Positions 50,561 through 60,837 of a stretch of DNA of 64,000 nt are shown piece by piece. The notes under the pieces are model-generated. The model worked only from the letters and a program-made list of their open reading frames with translations, made no database searches and had not been told where the DNA came from. The position numbers were made by a program, and so were the translations under genes. The stretch lies in NCBI GenBank assembly GCA_046735395.1, contig JBJKQR010000012.1, forward strand, positions 64,001 through 128,000, read 5' to 3'. Origin of the DNA: Fidelibacterota bacterium. GTDB taxonomy: Bacteria; Fidelibacterota; Fidelibacteria; Fidelibacterales; DSDE01. Within the stretch, counting starts at the first letter, position 1. Each line of letters begins with the position of its first letter.

Positions 50561-51925
50561 TTAAAATACGTAATTGAAACGAAGGGAGACAAAGTCCTTG
50601 TCGTCATACTGTCCGAAGACAGAGCCGTCGGGGCCATGAAAGCGGCGCAGCAGAGCCGACAGGGTGAGCTGATCACTCAGGGCATAATCGGCCTTGAAGG
50701 TGAACATGCCATCCTTGCTGTCATTTCTGACGACCATCTGAATTTCACTTTTCAGTTTTTCACGAAAAAAGGAATCTCCCACCCGGAAGGAAATGAGGTC
50801 ATTTTTCCAGTAATCATTCAGATTGATGGAGGCAAAGGAGGGATCCAGCCCGAGAGAGCCGACAAAATACTGCATATTGGTGGCATTCTGCGCCTGCAGT
50901 ACCGAATTCTCCTGAACCGCGTAATCCTTCAGGCCCTGAATATTGACGCTGAGATGATGGATGGGGAGATTCACGTCCATTCCCAGAAGCAGGCTCCATT
51001 TGGGATTGAGAATATCGTAGTGAATTCCCTTCGGGTCATCCGTCCAGGTCCGGCTCATTTCACCCTTGAAATCGATGCCATAAAAGGCCGTGCTCCATTC
51101 CAGACCTATAACGCGGATATCATTATTGATGAGATTGATACGGTGAGGAAGGCCCTGTGCATCGGTTTCCGACAGTGAGAAGGAGGGAATGCGGCTTTTA
51201 CCGCGGTAGCCCGAGATACCGTAATCCAGTCCTCCCAGTGACTGGGTCCAGCGAAAGGCTGCCTGCCCGTCGTCGAGACGGCTGTAGTCCGTTTCAACAA
51301 CGGCAATATCATGAGCCTGGAGGGTGGGTGCGGCCGACGCAAGAATTTTCAGATAATCCGGCGCCCAGGGGCCACTGTCGGGAAACTGCATGGGAGTGAA
51401 TGAGGGCGTCACCACGATTTCCAGTTTGGCATTCATGGAATAGGGTCCCACGATCAGGGAGGCGTGAAGCATATCCTCGGCGCGGCGGCGCTTCAGATAG
51501 TCGGGGAAAATGAAATCATAATAGTCATCGGCATTGATGTAATCCACCACATGCAGCTGATCGCCCTTGCCCCAGATGAGCTTCATCCGGCCTGCATCCA
51601 GCTGAAGACGTCCCATGAACGCGGTGGCCTTCAGTTCCGTCAGAAGCGGCGTATTTGTGTTATCATCGAGGCGCAGCTGGGCAGAAAAGGCGGATTTTTC
51701 GCTTCCCGAATTCAGGTTCAGGTCCAGGCCCTGCAACAGGTTCCATTCTCCTGACATGGCAGTACTGTAAAAGATGCGCGGTTCAAATTCATAATTTCCG
51801 GATAGAGTCAGTCCGGCGATTGTTTTGCCGCTTTCCTCTGCTGTGTCCCATGATCCCTCGTCAAAGGCTGACTGAGCCTGAAGGATCATCGCAGACAGCA
51901 GAAACGCTGTGCAGATTTTTTTCAT
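50561..51925 (-). CDS. Outer-membrane beta-barrel protein (DUF1302-like)
   Basis: Signal peptide, motif GRMKLIWGKGD...D..N, and C-terminus FGQYDDKDFVSLRFNYVF with a terminal Phe. Confidence 0.75.
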   Translation of the reverse strand: MKKICTAFLLSAMILQAQSAFDEGSWDTAEESGKTIAGLTLSGNYEFEPRIFYSTAMSGEWNLLQGLDLNLNSGSEKSAFSAQLRLDDNTNTPLLTELKATAFMGRLQLDAGRMKLIWGKGDQLHVVDYINADDYYDFIFPDYLKRRRAEDMLHASLIVGPYSMNAKLEIVVTPSFTPMQFPDSGPWAPDYLKILASAAPTLQAHDIAVVETDYSRLDDGQAAFRWTQSLGGLDYGISGYRGKSRIPSFSLSETDAQGLPHRINLINNDIRVIGLEWSTAFYGIDFKGEMSRTWTDDPKGIHYDILNPKWSLLLGMDVNLPIHHLSVNIQGLKDYAVQENSVLQAQNATNMQYFVGSLGLDPSFASINLNDYWKNDLISFRVGDSFFREKLKSEIQMVVRNDSKDGMFTFKADYALSDQLTLSALLRRFHGPDGSVFGQYDDKDFVSLRFNYVF

Positions 51926-52001
51926 TGATATTCTCCGAATGGAAGGTGAGATGGGAATTCAGGAGTACCGTTTCCTGAGCCGGGTTTCCGTGAATTCGAA
52001 T

Positions 52002-52799
52002 TTATTTTCCCGTCAGCAGAAAGTTCTGAGTGAAACGGGCCGGATTCATGACCGTATTATATTCCACAAAGAGCTTTCCGGATTTGTTGCTCATAATTTC
52101 CAGGACTGTCCGGTGTCCGTCCTTCACCGATTTCATGACGGATATAGGCAGTGTATAAATGCCGTCGATCTTTTCAATCTTGCCCTCGACGGTCATGATT
52201 TTCTGCAGGTCGCCGCTGCCCTGTTCATAAAATTCGACTTTGAGCGGCATGAAGGAATCCTTTGCGACCCAGGAAACGACTTTGCTGTAGGCGGCATTGT
52301 CGGCTTTGGACCTGCTTTCCAGGACATAACAGTCGGTGTCAGCGAATTTTTCCTCGCGGAGCAGCGTATGTTCCGCGTCGTCATTTCCTTCCAGCTGCAT
52401 ATCCTCGTAGGTGAAATCCGATCCCATGAAAGAGGTATGACCTTCGGTGGCGGCAATGCGGCGCACCCGGCCGAGAGCTGGCAGATAAATCCACTGATCG
52501 TCGCTGCGGTCCTTCTGCTGGATCTGGAGAAAGCGGGTTCCCTTCACTGTGGCCGGTGATTTGAATTCCATGACACTCTGGGAAAGATTATTTTTTTTAT
52601 CGCGTTTCATGGTCCATGTTTCGACAATGCGTTCCTTCGATTCGCCGGAGGCATCGATCAGCGTCATTTTCATGATGGCATGCATAGATTCGCCGCGTTC
52701 GCGGTTCTTCATGGACTGGTAGACGGAGGGTCCGTCGGCGGCCAGCATCATTCCCGCAGTGAAGACAGTGACGAGGCCGAAGCAGATGCGAAATTTCAT
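52002..52799 (-). CDS. LolA-like outer-membrane lipoprotein-sorting protein (TP0789-like)
   Basis: Motifs SPATVKGTRFL, DDQWIYLPALGRVRRIA and SFMGSDFTYED. Confidence 0.88.
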   Translation of the reverse strand: MKFRICFGLVTVFTAGMMLAADGPSVYQSMKNRERGESMHAIMKMTLIDASGESKERIVETWTMKRDKKNNLSQSVMEFKSPATVKGTRFLQIQQKDRSDDQWIYLPALGRVRRIAATEGHTSFMGSDFTYEDMQLEGNDDAEHTLLREEKFADTDCYVLESRSKADNAAYSKVVSWVAKDSFMPLKVEFYEQGSGDLQKIMTVEGKIEKIDGIYTLPISVMKSVKDGHRTVLEIMSNKSGKLFVEYNTVMNPARFTQNFLLTGK

Positions 52800-55441
52800 T
52801 TTTCCCTCATAAGGCTTAAAAATTTGGGTTTGAAGGTATGGATCATGGCCGGAAGCAGGGTCAGGGCACCCAGGCTGGATGTGGCCATGGTCAGGGCGAT
52901 GAGAAGTCCCAGGTTCTGGATGGGAATGAAGTTGCTTCGAATGAGAACTGCAAACCCTGCGCCCACGGACAGTGCATTGAAAAGAATGGCCTTTCCGGCG
53001 GTGAGCAGCGTCTTCTGAGTTATGATCCGTTCATCTGCGGATTTTCTCGCTTCCATGCGGTAGCGGCTGAGAAAATGAATGGTATAGTCAATGCCGATAC
53101 CAATGGCCACCGAGGCGACCATGGAGGTACCCAGATCCAGTTTGATATGAAAGAATCCCATGACGCCGAAATTAATCATTAAGGAAAAGATGAGTGTAAT
53201 AATACCGAAGAACCCGGCCACAACGGAACGGAAGGAGATGGCAATGATGGCGAAGACGATGAGCAGTGAGGAGATGATACTTGAAGTCTGGCTTGAAATG
53301 GTCATTTCATTCACCGAGGCAGACATTTTTCCCACTCCGGTAACCTTGATATCATATCCGGCCGGAAAACGCCAGGCTGCATAATCGAGGATGACTTTTT
53401 CCACACTGGCGGCATCGGCATTCATCGGTGATTTGACCTGTACGATCATTCTGGCCTGTGAGGGTTCCAGCGGATCATTGATGAAGGATTTCAGAGAACC
53501 CCTGTACAGCAGCAGATACTGGGCTATGAGATTTATCAGCTCTTCCCTGTCATGTGCGGGATATTTGGATGGATCCCAGGGGATTTCATAATACGCGGCT
53601 CCGTCTTCATTCGTCAGCTTATTCAGTTCATGAATGAGATCATCAGCAGTCGGATTTGATTTCCCGGAATTTTCCACGGCCCGGTTCAGCAGACGCAGAA
53701 TATTTCCGGCATCGGGTTTCGGAAAAGCGGGCCTTTCCACGGAGGCCGGCCGGGAATCGGCTGAGGGAGGTGTGGCCACGTCCTCTTCGAAGGAGAAGGA
53801 GCTGTTTTCGTCCTTCTCATTATCTGAGGCAATATCATCAAAGGAGAAACCGGATTCTTCCTTGAAACTGGCGGCCGCGGATGTGGGCGGCAGAGATGTG
53901 GGCGCGGAAACCGGCCGGTTCATGACCTGATTCATCCGTTTGACGAATTTTGTGAAAGAGGTGACTTTGCCGACAAGTGCGACATCATTTTCCAAATGAG
54001 CGGACAGATCGTCCATGGCCTTGAGGATATCGGGTTCCAGCAGTGAGCCGGGCTTTTTGCCATCGACCACCACGTTCAGCAGAACCGTGCCTCCGAAATG
54101 ATCATTCTGAAAGGTATTGGAAACGGCAATATCCGTAGTCGGCCTGAAGGTGCCGATCATATTTGTGTCCAGAAGAATCCGGTGGGTACCGAAAACGGAG
54201 AGAATCAATAAAACGAGCGTGATCAGGAGATTCCGGTAATTGTGCCGGGTGAAGAGATCATAAAAGGCCAGGAGAAAGCGATCCATCAGAGTATGTGCAT
54301 TGGCAGGTTCATGGATCTCATTATCATCCTGTTTGATGGGCCGGTGACGAAGCAGAAGGATGGCCGGAACGAGGAACAGGGCGGCAGCAATGGCGACCAG
54401 TACTCCTATGGCCAGGAAAAAACCGCTGTCGCGAAGGGGCTCTATGGCGCTGGTGCTCAGTGACGCAAATCCGGCGACAGTTGTGAGGCCGGCCAGCAGC
54501 ACGGGAATCCCGACCTTCTTTACCGTTTTCATCAGAAGCAGCTGGAAATTTTCACCGGGGTTCTGCCTGACTGCGTCGTAGGTGTGGCTGAGAAGATGAA
54601 TGCCATAGGCGGATCCGACGGAAATCAGAATGACCGGTATGGCGGTGGACACCATGGTCATGGGAATATTGAACAAGGCCATCAGGCCAATGGTCCAGAC
54701 AGATGACACCACCACATTCAGCAGAGGCAGAAGCACTCCGGCCATCGTTCTGAAGGAGAGGAACAGAGTAAGGATCACCACCAGTACCACAAAGGGAATC
54801 AGGCGGAACATGTCGCTGAACATGCTTTCCTTCAGGACCACCGCAATGGCCGGAACCCCCGCCACGTAAAAATTCACGTCATTCCGTTCAAAGGGTTTCA
54901 GCTGATCCATAACTCCATGATAGATGGCTTCCAGCTCCGGCAGCTGCAGTCCCGTATCGATTTCGAGCAGGAGCTGAGTGGAGCGGAGATCCTTGTCATA
55001 GAGGTTATTCCTGTACATGTCCTCCCAGGATTGCAGCCGGGCCAGGATGGAGCTCTGCGGACCCTGCCGCAGGCTGTCGGGAATGAGCTGCTCCACAGTC
55101 ATTCCCTCATTCGTGGAATTCAGAAAATCCGCATGAGTGAGGGACAGAACATTATTTACATGAGGCAGCGTCTGAAACAGGGCGGTCAGACTGTCGATCA
55201 GTGAAAGGTTTTCCGGTGCGAGGATACTCTGGTACTTGCTTTCGACTGCGACAACAAGCGCTTCCGTCTCGCCGAATACCTTTTCCACTTCCTCATTTTC
55301 AATCTTTGCTTCGTTGTGATCTCCGAGAAATACATATAAATCATTATTAATTTTAATTTTAGGAAGCTGTAATGCGAAAAATACGGTCAGAACAGCGAAT
55401 ATCAGGACAATCATTAAGGGGTGGGCGTAAAGTTTTTTCAT
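52796..55441 (-). CDS. MMPL/RND-family transporter
   Basis: Two halves, each with a TM, a periplasmic loop and 5 TM. Motifs GSAYGIH, LTTVAGF and GIGIDYTIHF. Confidence 0.9.
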   Translation of the reverse strand: MKKLYAHPLMIVLIFAVLTVFFALQLPKIKINNDLYVFLGDHNEAKIENEEVEKVFGETEALVVAVESKYQSILAPENLSLIDSLTALFQTLPHVNNVLSLTHADFLNSTNEGMTVEQLIPDSLRQGPQSSILARLQSWEDMYRNNLYDKDLRSTQLLLEIDTGLQLPELEAIYHGVMDQLKPFERNDVNFYVAGVPAIAVVLKESMFSDMFRLIPFVVLVVILTLFLSFRTMAGVLLPLLNVVVSSVWTIGLMALFNIPMTMVSTAIPVILISVGSAYGIHLLSHTYDAVRQNPGENFQLLLMKTVKKVGIPVLLAGLTTVAGFASLSTSAIEPLRDSGFFLAIGVLVAIAAALFLVPAILLLRHRPIKQDDNEIHEPANAHTLMDRFLLAFYDLFTRHNYRNLLITLVLLILSVFGTHRILLDTNMIGTFRPTTDIAVSNTFQNDHFGGTVLLNVVVDGKKPGSLLEPDILKAMDDLSAHLENDVALVGKVTSFTKFVKRMNQVMNRPVSAPTSLPPTSAAASFKEESGFSFDDIASDNEKDENSSFSFEEDVATPPSADSRPASVERPAFPKPDAGNILRLLNRAVENSGKSNPTADDLIHELNKLTNEDGAAYYEIPWDPSKYPAHDREELINLIAQYLLLYRGSLKSFINDPLEPSQARMIVQVKSPMNADAASVEKVILDYAAWRFPAGYDIKVTGVGKMSASVNEMTISSQTSSIISSLLIVFAIIAISFRSVVAGFFGIITLIFSLMINFGVMGFFHIKLDLGTSMVASVAIGIGIDYTIHFLSRYRMEARKSADERIITQKTLLTAGKAILFNALSVGAGFAVLIRSNFIPIQNLGLLIALTMATSSLGALTLLPAMIHTFKPKFLSLMREK

Positions 55442-56049
55442 TTATCCTCCGGAAGCAGCGCTTTTCCGATTAGATTGACGGTGAAGTCCAGTTCGCTTTC
55501 GCGTACGGGGAGATCTATTTTCAGAATAATTCGTTTTATGAAGCCATCAGCCATTCCCCACAGGCTCTGAACCATCAGGTCAGTTTCCCTGTCATTCAGT
55601 GAAATTTCCCGGCCTTCGCGGGCCCAGTCGAAGACCTGCCGGATCCGATCCATGTTCTGGATGAAATAATTGCGGAGGACGGGGAAGGTTTCAGCCTCAT
55701 CCAGCTCGCTGAACGTTTTGTAAAGGATACTGTAAAAATGGCCGTCCGATTCGAGGGAACGCTTGAATTCAGCGGAAAAATGTGTCAGATTGGTCCGGAG
55801 GTCATTTTCCGGCCTGACATCCGTGAACAGAGAATTCATGATGCGGTTTCCATAGTAAACGATCAGATCAAGCAGAAGCTGCCGTTTGCCACTGAAATAT
55901 CTGTACAGAGTCCCTTCCGCCACACCGGCTTCGGCGGCGATTCTGGAAGTGGTCATATTCTGGTAATTACCTTTGGAAAGTAAGGTATAAGCAGCTTCAA
56001 GGATCAGGTCCTTCTTGTCTGCCCGTGTATTCATTTCTTTTTCTTCCAT
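55438..56049 (-). CDS. TetR/AcrR-family regulator (alternative start at 56034)
   Basis: Motif IAAEAGVAEGTLYRYF..K. Confidence 0.92.
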   Translation of the reverse strand: MEEKEMNTRADKKDLILEAAYTLLSKGNYQNMTTSRIAAEAGVAEGTLYRYFSGKRQLLLDLIVYYGNRIMNSLFTDVRPENDLRTNLTHFSAEFKRSLESDGHFYSILYKTFSELDEAETFPVLRNYFIQNMDRIRQVFDWAREGREISLNDRETDLMVQSLWGMADGFIKRIILKIDLPVRESELDFTVNLIGKALLPEDK

Positions 56050-56053
56050 GAGA

Positions 56054-56069
56054 ATGAGTGATCACTCAT
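56054..56069. promoter_or_regulatory. Putative TetR operator, a perfect 16-bp palindrome
   Basis: ATGAGTGATCACTCAT immediately downstream of a minus-strand TTGCTA-N17-TAATCT promoter (56104-56076). Confidence 0.75.
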
Positions 56070-56142
56070 GGCGGTAGATTACGACAGTCTGCAATCAATA
56101 GCAAGAATTATATAGACAATGTGAGCAGGGTGGACATCAGGT

Positions 56143-56171
56143 TTGACCCGGAGAGTGACAGGAGATATATT
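56143..56171 (+). promoter_or_regulatory. Sigma70-type promoter for the SBP/kinase pair
   Basis: TTGACC-N17-TATATT. Confidence 0.5.
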
Positions 56172-56456
56172 TCCGAATTTCCAGTCTGAACAGCAGGATT
56201 CGGGTGGCTCCTTTGCATGAATCTTTCACGTTTATCAACAGTGGGACGTCTCGAAGATCAATTTTGATTGGAATTGTTTTAAGTCTCTTTTATATTCTGT
56301 CACTGTGGGTCCGATGTAAATTAAAGAGCCCCGCGATCACAGTAAAAGGAACGTTAAATATTGGGAACAACAGCAGAAATACGGAAAATAAACCGTAGGT
56401 GAAGGCGGGGAGATTTGAAAGCTTTTTCAGAAATAGTGACCGGAAGGAGGCCTGGG

Positions 56457-58382
56457 ATGAAACGGAAGACTGTCCTTTTCTCAACTATTATTTTTTATGT
56501 TATCATGAATTTTACGTTATATCAGGCCTGTGGCCGCTCGGGAAAGCAGGAGGTAAATAAGAGCCTTCAGAAAGTGACCATTGCACTTCCGAAGAGTTCC
56601 TCTCTGGGTTATACGATTTATGTGGGGCAGGAAAAGGGATATTTCAAGGATGAAGGCATAGATCTGGTCATCATGGATTCCTACCCGCACGGGTTGGCCA
56701 CTATTCAGGCTCTGGTCAGCGGCGAGACGGATCTGGCCGTGTCTTCGGAGACGCCCTTTCTACATGAAGTGATGAACGGGGCAAAAATTTCAGCCTTTGC
56801 CCAGACCCTGTACCCTCTGAAGCATCTGGCCATTGTTGCGCGAAAGGATAAGGGGATTGCTTCTCCCATGGATCTGGCCGGAAAACGGATCGGAGTCAGC
56901 CTGGGAACCAATGCGGAATATTTTCTGGATGAATTCCGGGAAACAAAGCAGATTCCGAAACCCGATTTTATCAAGATTGACCTGGAACCGCAGGAACTGA
57001 TGCGTGCCATAAAAGGGGGCAGCATTGATGCTCTGGTATCATGGAATCCATATTATAACCAGGCTCAGGAAGCCCTGGTGGATACCGGTATCACCTTTTA
57101 TTCGGATATTCACGCGATCATGTTTCTGATATCCGCGCGGCAATCCTTCATCGACAATCAGAAAAGTACCATTGAGCATATCCTTCGGGCCATGCTGAAA
57201 AGCAGCGAATTCATCAATGAAAACAAGGAAGAAGCCGATGGCATCGCAGCCCGGGGAATGGGAATTGATGAAAAAATCATGCGCCATTCCTCTGCGGAAT
57301 ATCGCTTCGACGTCAGACTGGATCAGTCTCTGATAAGTCTTCTGGAGAATGAGGCTCGCTGGGAAATAAAAAAGAAATTGACGACGGCTACGGAAGTGCC
57401 GAATTTTCTGGAGCATGTTTACACGGGCGGCCTGCAGAAAGTTCAGCCCGATGCAAATACCATGTACACAGCGGCTCCGGAAAAGATCCGGATCGCAGTG
57501 GGGAAACATCCGCTTTCCGGCCTCATGTTCATTGCCCGGAGCAACGGGTATTTCAAAAAGCAGGGCCTGGACGTGGAATACCAGATTTACGGCTCCGGTA
57601 AAACCTGTCTGGAGATGGTGAACGAAGGGAAATGTGATCTGGCCGTGGCCGGCGATATCCCCATCATGTATGGAATTATGGAAGACCAGGCTATTTCAAT
57701 CATTGCCTCCATCGAGCATACCAAGGAGAATAATGTCATCATCGCCCGAAAAGATCTGGGGATTTCTGTCCCGACCGATCTCGTAGGAAAGAAAATCGGA
57801 GTAACTCTCCGAACGGGCAGCGAATTCTTTCTGGATTCATTTATGCTGTTTTACGGAATGACCGGTGATTCTGCCACCATCATCAATATCAGCCCGGCGA
57901 ATATTGTCAATGCCCTTCTGTCCGGTGAGGTGGATGCCGTATCAACCTGGTATCCTCAGGCCGGTGTGCTTCTCGACCGCCTGCAGGATAACGGACTGCT
58001 GTTTGTGGAAAAATTCATATACACCGGCAGTCAGAATATTGTGGGAAAACGGGAATATACGCGGAAAAGTCCCCAGACTATCCGAAATATACTGACTGCT
58101 CTGAATGAGGCCTCCGGATTCATTGAAGAACAGCCGGCGGAAGCCCGGAAAATCATCGCGAAGGAAGTGGGTATGGATGTGAAGGAACTTGCGGATATCT
58201 GGCATATATACGATTATCATCTGGGGCTGGACCAGACTCTGCCGCTGACCCTCCGGGATGAGGCGCGATGGGCCATGAGAAATAAACTGGTCACGAAAAC
58301 GAAAATTCCGGATTTTATATCCTATATTTATCTTGAACCTTTGAAGGAAATTGCCCCGACCACCGTCACGATTTCGCGCTAA
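56457..58382 (+). CDS. Tandem NMT1/SsuA-type (class II periplasmic binding) substrate-binding protein with two domains
   Basis: Internal duplication: KGYFKDEGID/NGYFKKQGLD, DLAGKRIGV/DLVGKKIGV and LENEARW/LRDEARW. N-terminal signal with a possible lipobox. Confidence 0.85.
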   Translation: MKRKTVLFSTIIFYVIMNFTLYQACGRSGKQEVNKSLQKVTIALPKSSSLGYTIYVGQEKGYFKDEGIDLVIMDSYPHGLATIQALVSGETDLAVSSETPFLHEVMNGAKISAFAQTLYPLKHLAIVARKDKGIASPMDLAGKRIGVSLGTNAEYFLDEFRETKQIPKPDFIKIDLEPQELMRAIKGGSIDALVSWNPYYNQAQEALVDTGITFYSDIHAIMFLISARQSFIDNQKSTIEHILRAMLKSSEFINENKEEADGIAARGMGIDEKIMRHSSAEYRFDVRLDQSLISLLENEARWEIKKKLTTATEVPNFLEHVYTGGLQKVQPDANTMYTAAPEKIRIAVGKHPLSGLMFIARSNGYFKKQGLDVEYQIYGSGKTCLEMVNEGKCDLAVAGDIPIMYGIMEDQAISIIASIEHTKENNVIIARKDLGISVPTDLVGKKIGVTLRTGSEFFLDSFMLFYGMTGDSATIINISPANIVNALLSGEVDAVSTWYPQAGVLLDRLQDNGLLFVEKFIYTGSQNIVGKREYTRKSPQTIRNILTALNEASGFIEEQPAEARKIIAKEVGMDVKELADIWHIYDYHLGLDQTLPLTLRDEARWAMRNKLVTKTKIPDFISYIYLEPLKEIAPTTVTISR

Positions 58383-58398
58383 GGCATAAAGGATACTT

Positions 58399-60750
58399 AT
58401 GAAGATCGTTCATAAACTCGAACTGGGATCTGCGGCAGCCGTCTTTCTGACAGCTATCACCATCTTCGCCTTCTTATTCATTGATGCCAAAATGAACAGA
58501 GTTCATCAGGAACAGCGCCTGGCCAACAATATCCATAAGTCCGTTTCAGAACTGGATATCCTGACTTATGAATATCTGATTTACCGTGAATCCCGCATGG
58601 AAAATCAGTGGTATCCGAAACATAATATGATTGACCAGCTTCTGAGGGAAGGACTGAAATCCGTCAAACCGGGTAATAATACAAAACTGATCATGGAAAA
58701 TATCCTGTCCGCCAACGAAGATTTCGGGATGCTGTTTTCAAAAATCGTTGAAATATATCCCCGGGACGGGAAGCAGAAAGTACAGGATCTGTTCAGTTCA
58801 AAAACAGGACATGCCCAGGAGCTTCTGGAGGAAAGGCTGATCAACCGGATGCTGATTACGTCGCAGGAGATGATCTCCAATGCCTCGCGTCTGAATACAC
58901 TGTCCATTGACCAGCTGGATGTGGTCGAAAAACAGCATTTCCGGATCATGACTTCAGCCATGTCCTTCTTTGCCCTGATGATCACGGTTATTTTCTTTTT
59001 TCTGGGGAGAAGCATTCTGAAGCCACTGCATTTTCTGATCGGGAGTACACATATCATCGGAAAGGGAAATCTGGACTACAGGGTTGATATAGATTCGAAG
59101 GATGAAATCGGAACCCTGGCCCGTTCCTTCAATATGATGACCGATAACCTGCGGGAGATTACCACGTCACGAGATGAACTGAATGTAGAAATTCAGGAAC
59201 GCATCAACGCGGAAAAGGACGCACGCCGCAGCAAGGAAGAATGGGAAAATACCTTTAACGCCATTACCGATATCATTACGATTCAGGATACGAACCATCG
59301 GATAATTCAGGCTAATAAAGCCGCATATGAAATCTTTGATGCGGAACAGGGTTCATTGATCGGCCAGAACTGTTACGATTTATTCAGAGACGCGAATATT
59401 CCCTGTCCCAATTGTCCGGCCAATGAGGTGCTCACAGAAAAAGTGACACGCAGCGAGAATATGAATCACGAAAAATTCGGGAAGACCTTTCAGGTATCCA
59501 TGTCCCCCGTACTGGATGATCAGAATGAAATCACTCATATCGTTCATATTGCCAAGGATATCACCAACCAGAAGAAACTGGAGGAAGAACTTTTCCAGGC
59601 CCATAAAATGGAAGCGATCGGTACCATGGCCGGGGGGATTGCTCATGATTTCAATAATATCCTGGCGGCAATACTGGGCTTCGCCGAACTGGTGAAGAAT
59701 GATTTGAAAGAAGGGAACTCCTCCCGCAGGTACGCGGAACAGGTCATTAAGGCAGGCCTGCGGGCAAAGGAACTGGTCAGACAGATCCTGACCTTCAGCC
59801 GAAAGGGAAGCGCAACGCTGGAACCGCTGCAGCCGGCCCCCATCATCAAGGAAGGTCTGAAACTGATGCGGGCATCCCTTCCCACATCCGTGGATATCGA
59901 AGAACACATTGATCCGGCCTGTCCGCTGATTTACGGCGATCCCACAAATCTGCATCAGATTCTGGTAAACCTCAGTACCAATGCCCTCCATTCCCTGGAA
60001 AATGAAAAAGGTCTGATAACCGTGTCGCTGCAACAGATTGAGCTGACGGAAAATGATCTGATAGGCGAAAGCGACAAGAGCACCGGGAACTACGTCGAGC
60101 TCAGGGTGACCGATACCGGTATGGGAATGGATGATAAGACGCTTGACCGGATTTTCGAACCCTATTTCACGACCAAGTCGGTCGGCAAGGGAACGGGTAT
60201 GGGGCTGGCACTGGTTCATGGGATCGTTCAGGGAAGCGGAGGCCTGATAAAGGTTGAAAGCAGCCCCGGCCAGGGAAGCACCTTCCATGTGTATTTTCCG
60301 GCGCTGGCCGGCGAAGTACAAGAATCTGTGGTGTCAGACCGGCCGGCACGGAAGGGCCATGAACGGATTTTAGCGGTTGATGACGAAGAATCCATCGTTG
60401 AACTGTATCAGGCAACCCTGGAAAGACTGAATTACCGGGTTTCGATTTTTCATAACGGACTGGAAGCGCTGAATGCCTTCCGGGCTGCTCCGGGAGACTA
60501 TGATCTCATACTCACGGACCAGACGATGCCGATCATGAGCGGATCCGAACTGGCCATTGAAGCACTGAAAATCCGCCCCGATATTCCCATCATCATGTGC
60601 ACGGGATACAGCACCATGGTTACGGAGGAGGTGGCAAAGGGAATCGGAATAAAGCGCTACTATTTCAAGCCGATCAGCCGGGACGATCTGCTCGAATCCG
60701 TCCGTGATCTTCTCGATGAGGCCGCAGGTCCGGATAACGGCAAGATCTGA
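58399..60750 (+). CDS. Hybrid sensor kinase: TM-periplasmic-TM, HAMP, PAS, HisKA, HATPase, REC
   Basis: Motifs DEIGTLARSFN, GGIAHDFNN, EPYFTTK..GKGTGMGL, VDDE and LTDQTMP. Confidence 0.92.
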   Translation: MKIVHKLELGSAAAVFLTAITIFAFLFIDAKMNRVHQEQRLANNIHKSVSELDILTYEYLIYRESRMENQWYPKHNMIDQLLREGLKSVKPGNNTKLIMENILSANEDFGMLFSKIVEIYPRDGKQKVQDLFSSKTGHAQELLEERLINRMLITSQEMISNASRLNTLSIDQLDVVEKQHFRIMTSAMSFFALMITVIFFFLGRSILKPLHFLIGSTHIIGKGNLDYRVDIDSKDEIGTLARSFNMMTDNLREITTSRDELNVEIQERINAEKDARRSKEEWENTFNAITDIITIQDTNHRIIQANKAAYEIFDAEQGSLIGQNCYDLFRDANIPCPNCPANEVLTEKVTRSENMNHEKFGKTFQVSMSPVLDDQNEITHIVHIAKDITNQKKLEEELFQAHKMEAIGTMAGGIAHDFNNILAAILGFAELVKNDLKEGNSSRRYAEQVIKAGLRAKELVRQILTFSRKGSATLEPLQPAPIIKEGLKLMRASLPTSVDIEEHIDPACPLIYGDPTNLHQILVNLSTNALHSLENEKGLITVSLQQIELTENDLIGESDKSTGNYVELRVTDTGMGMDDKTLDRIFEPYFTTKSVGKGTGMGLALVHGIVQGSGGLIKVESSPGQGSTFHVYFPALAGEVQESVVSDRPARKGHERILAVDDEESIVELYQATLERLNYRVSIFHNGLEALNAFRAAPGDYDLILTDQTMPIMSGSELAIEALKIRPDIPIIMCTGYSTMVTEEVAKGIGIKRYYFKPISRDDLLESVRDLLDEAAGPDNGKI

Positions 60751-60837
60751 ACTATTCTGATATAAACATATATAAATCAGATGAATATATACGTATGACG
60801 TCTCCGTCATATTCGGAGTGATACCGGATAGTCGCGC

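Noticed and set aside
56204..56398. 64-aa ORF with a hydrophobic stretch in the SBP leader
   Set aside because: It has a GTG start without an SD and no recognisable family, so it cannot be supported without homologs.
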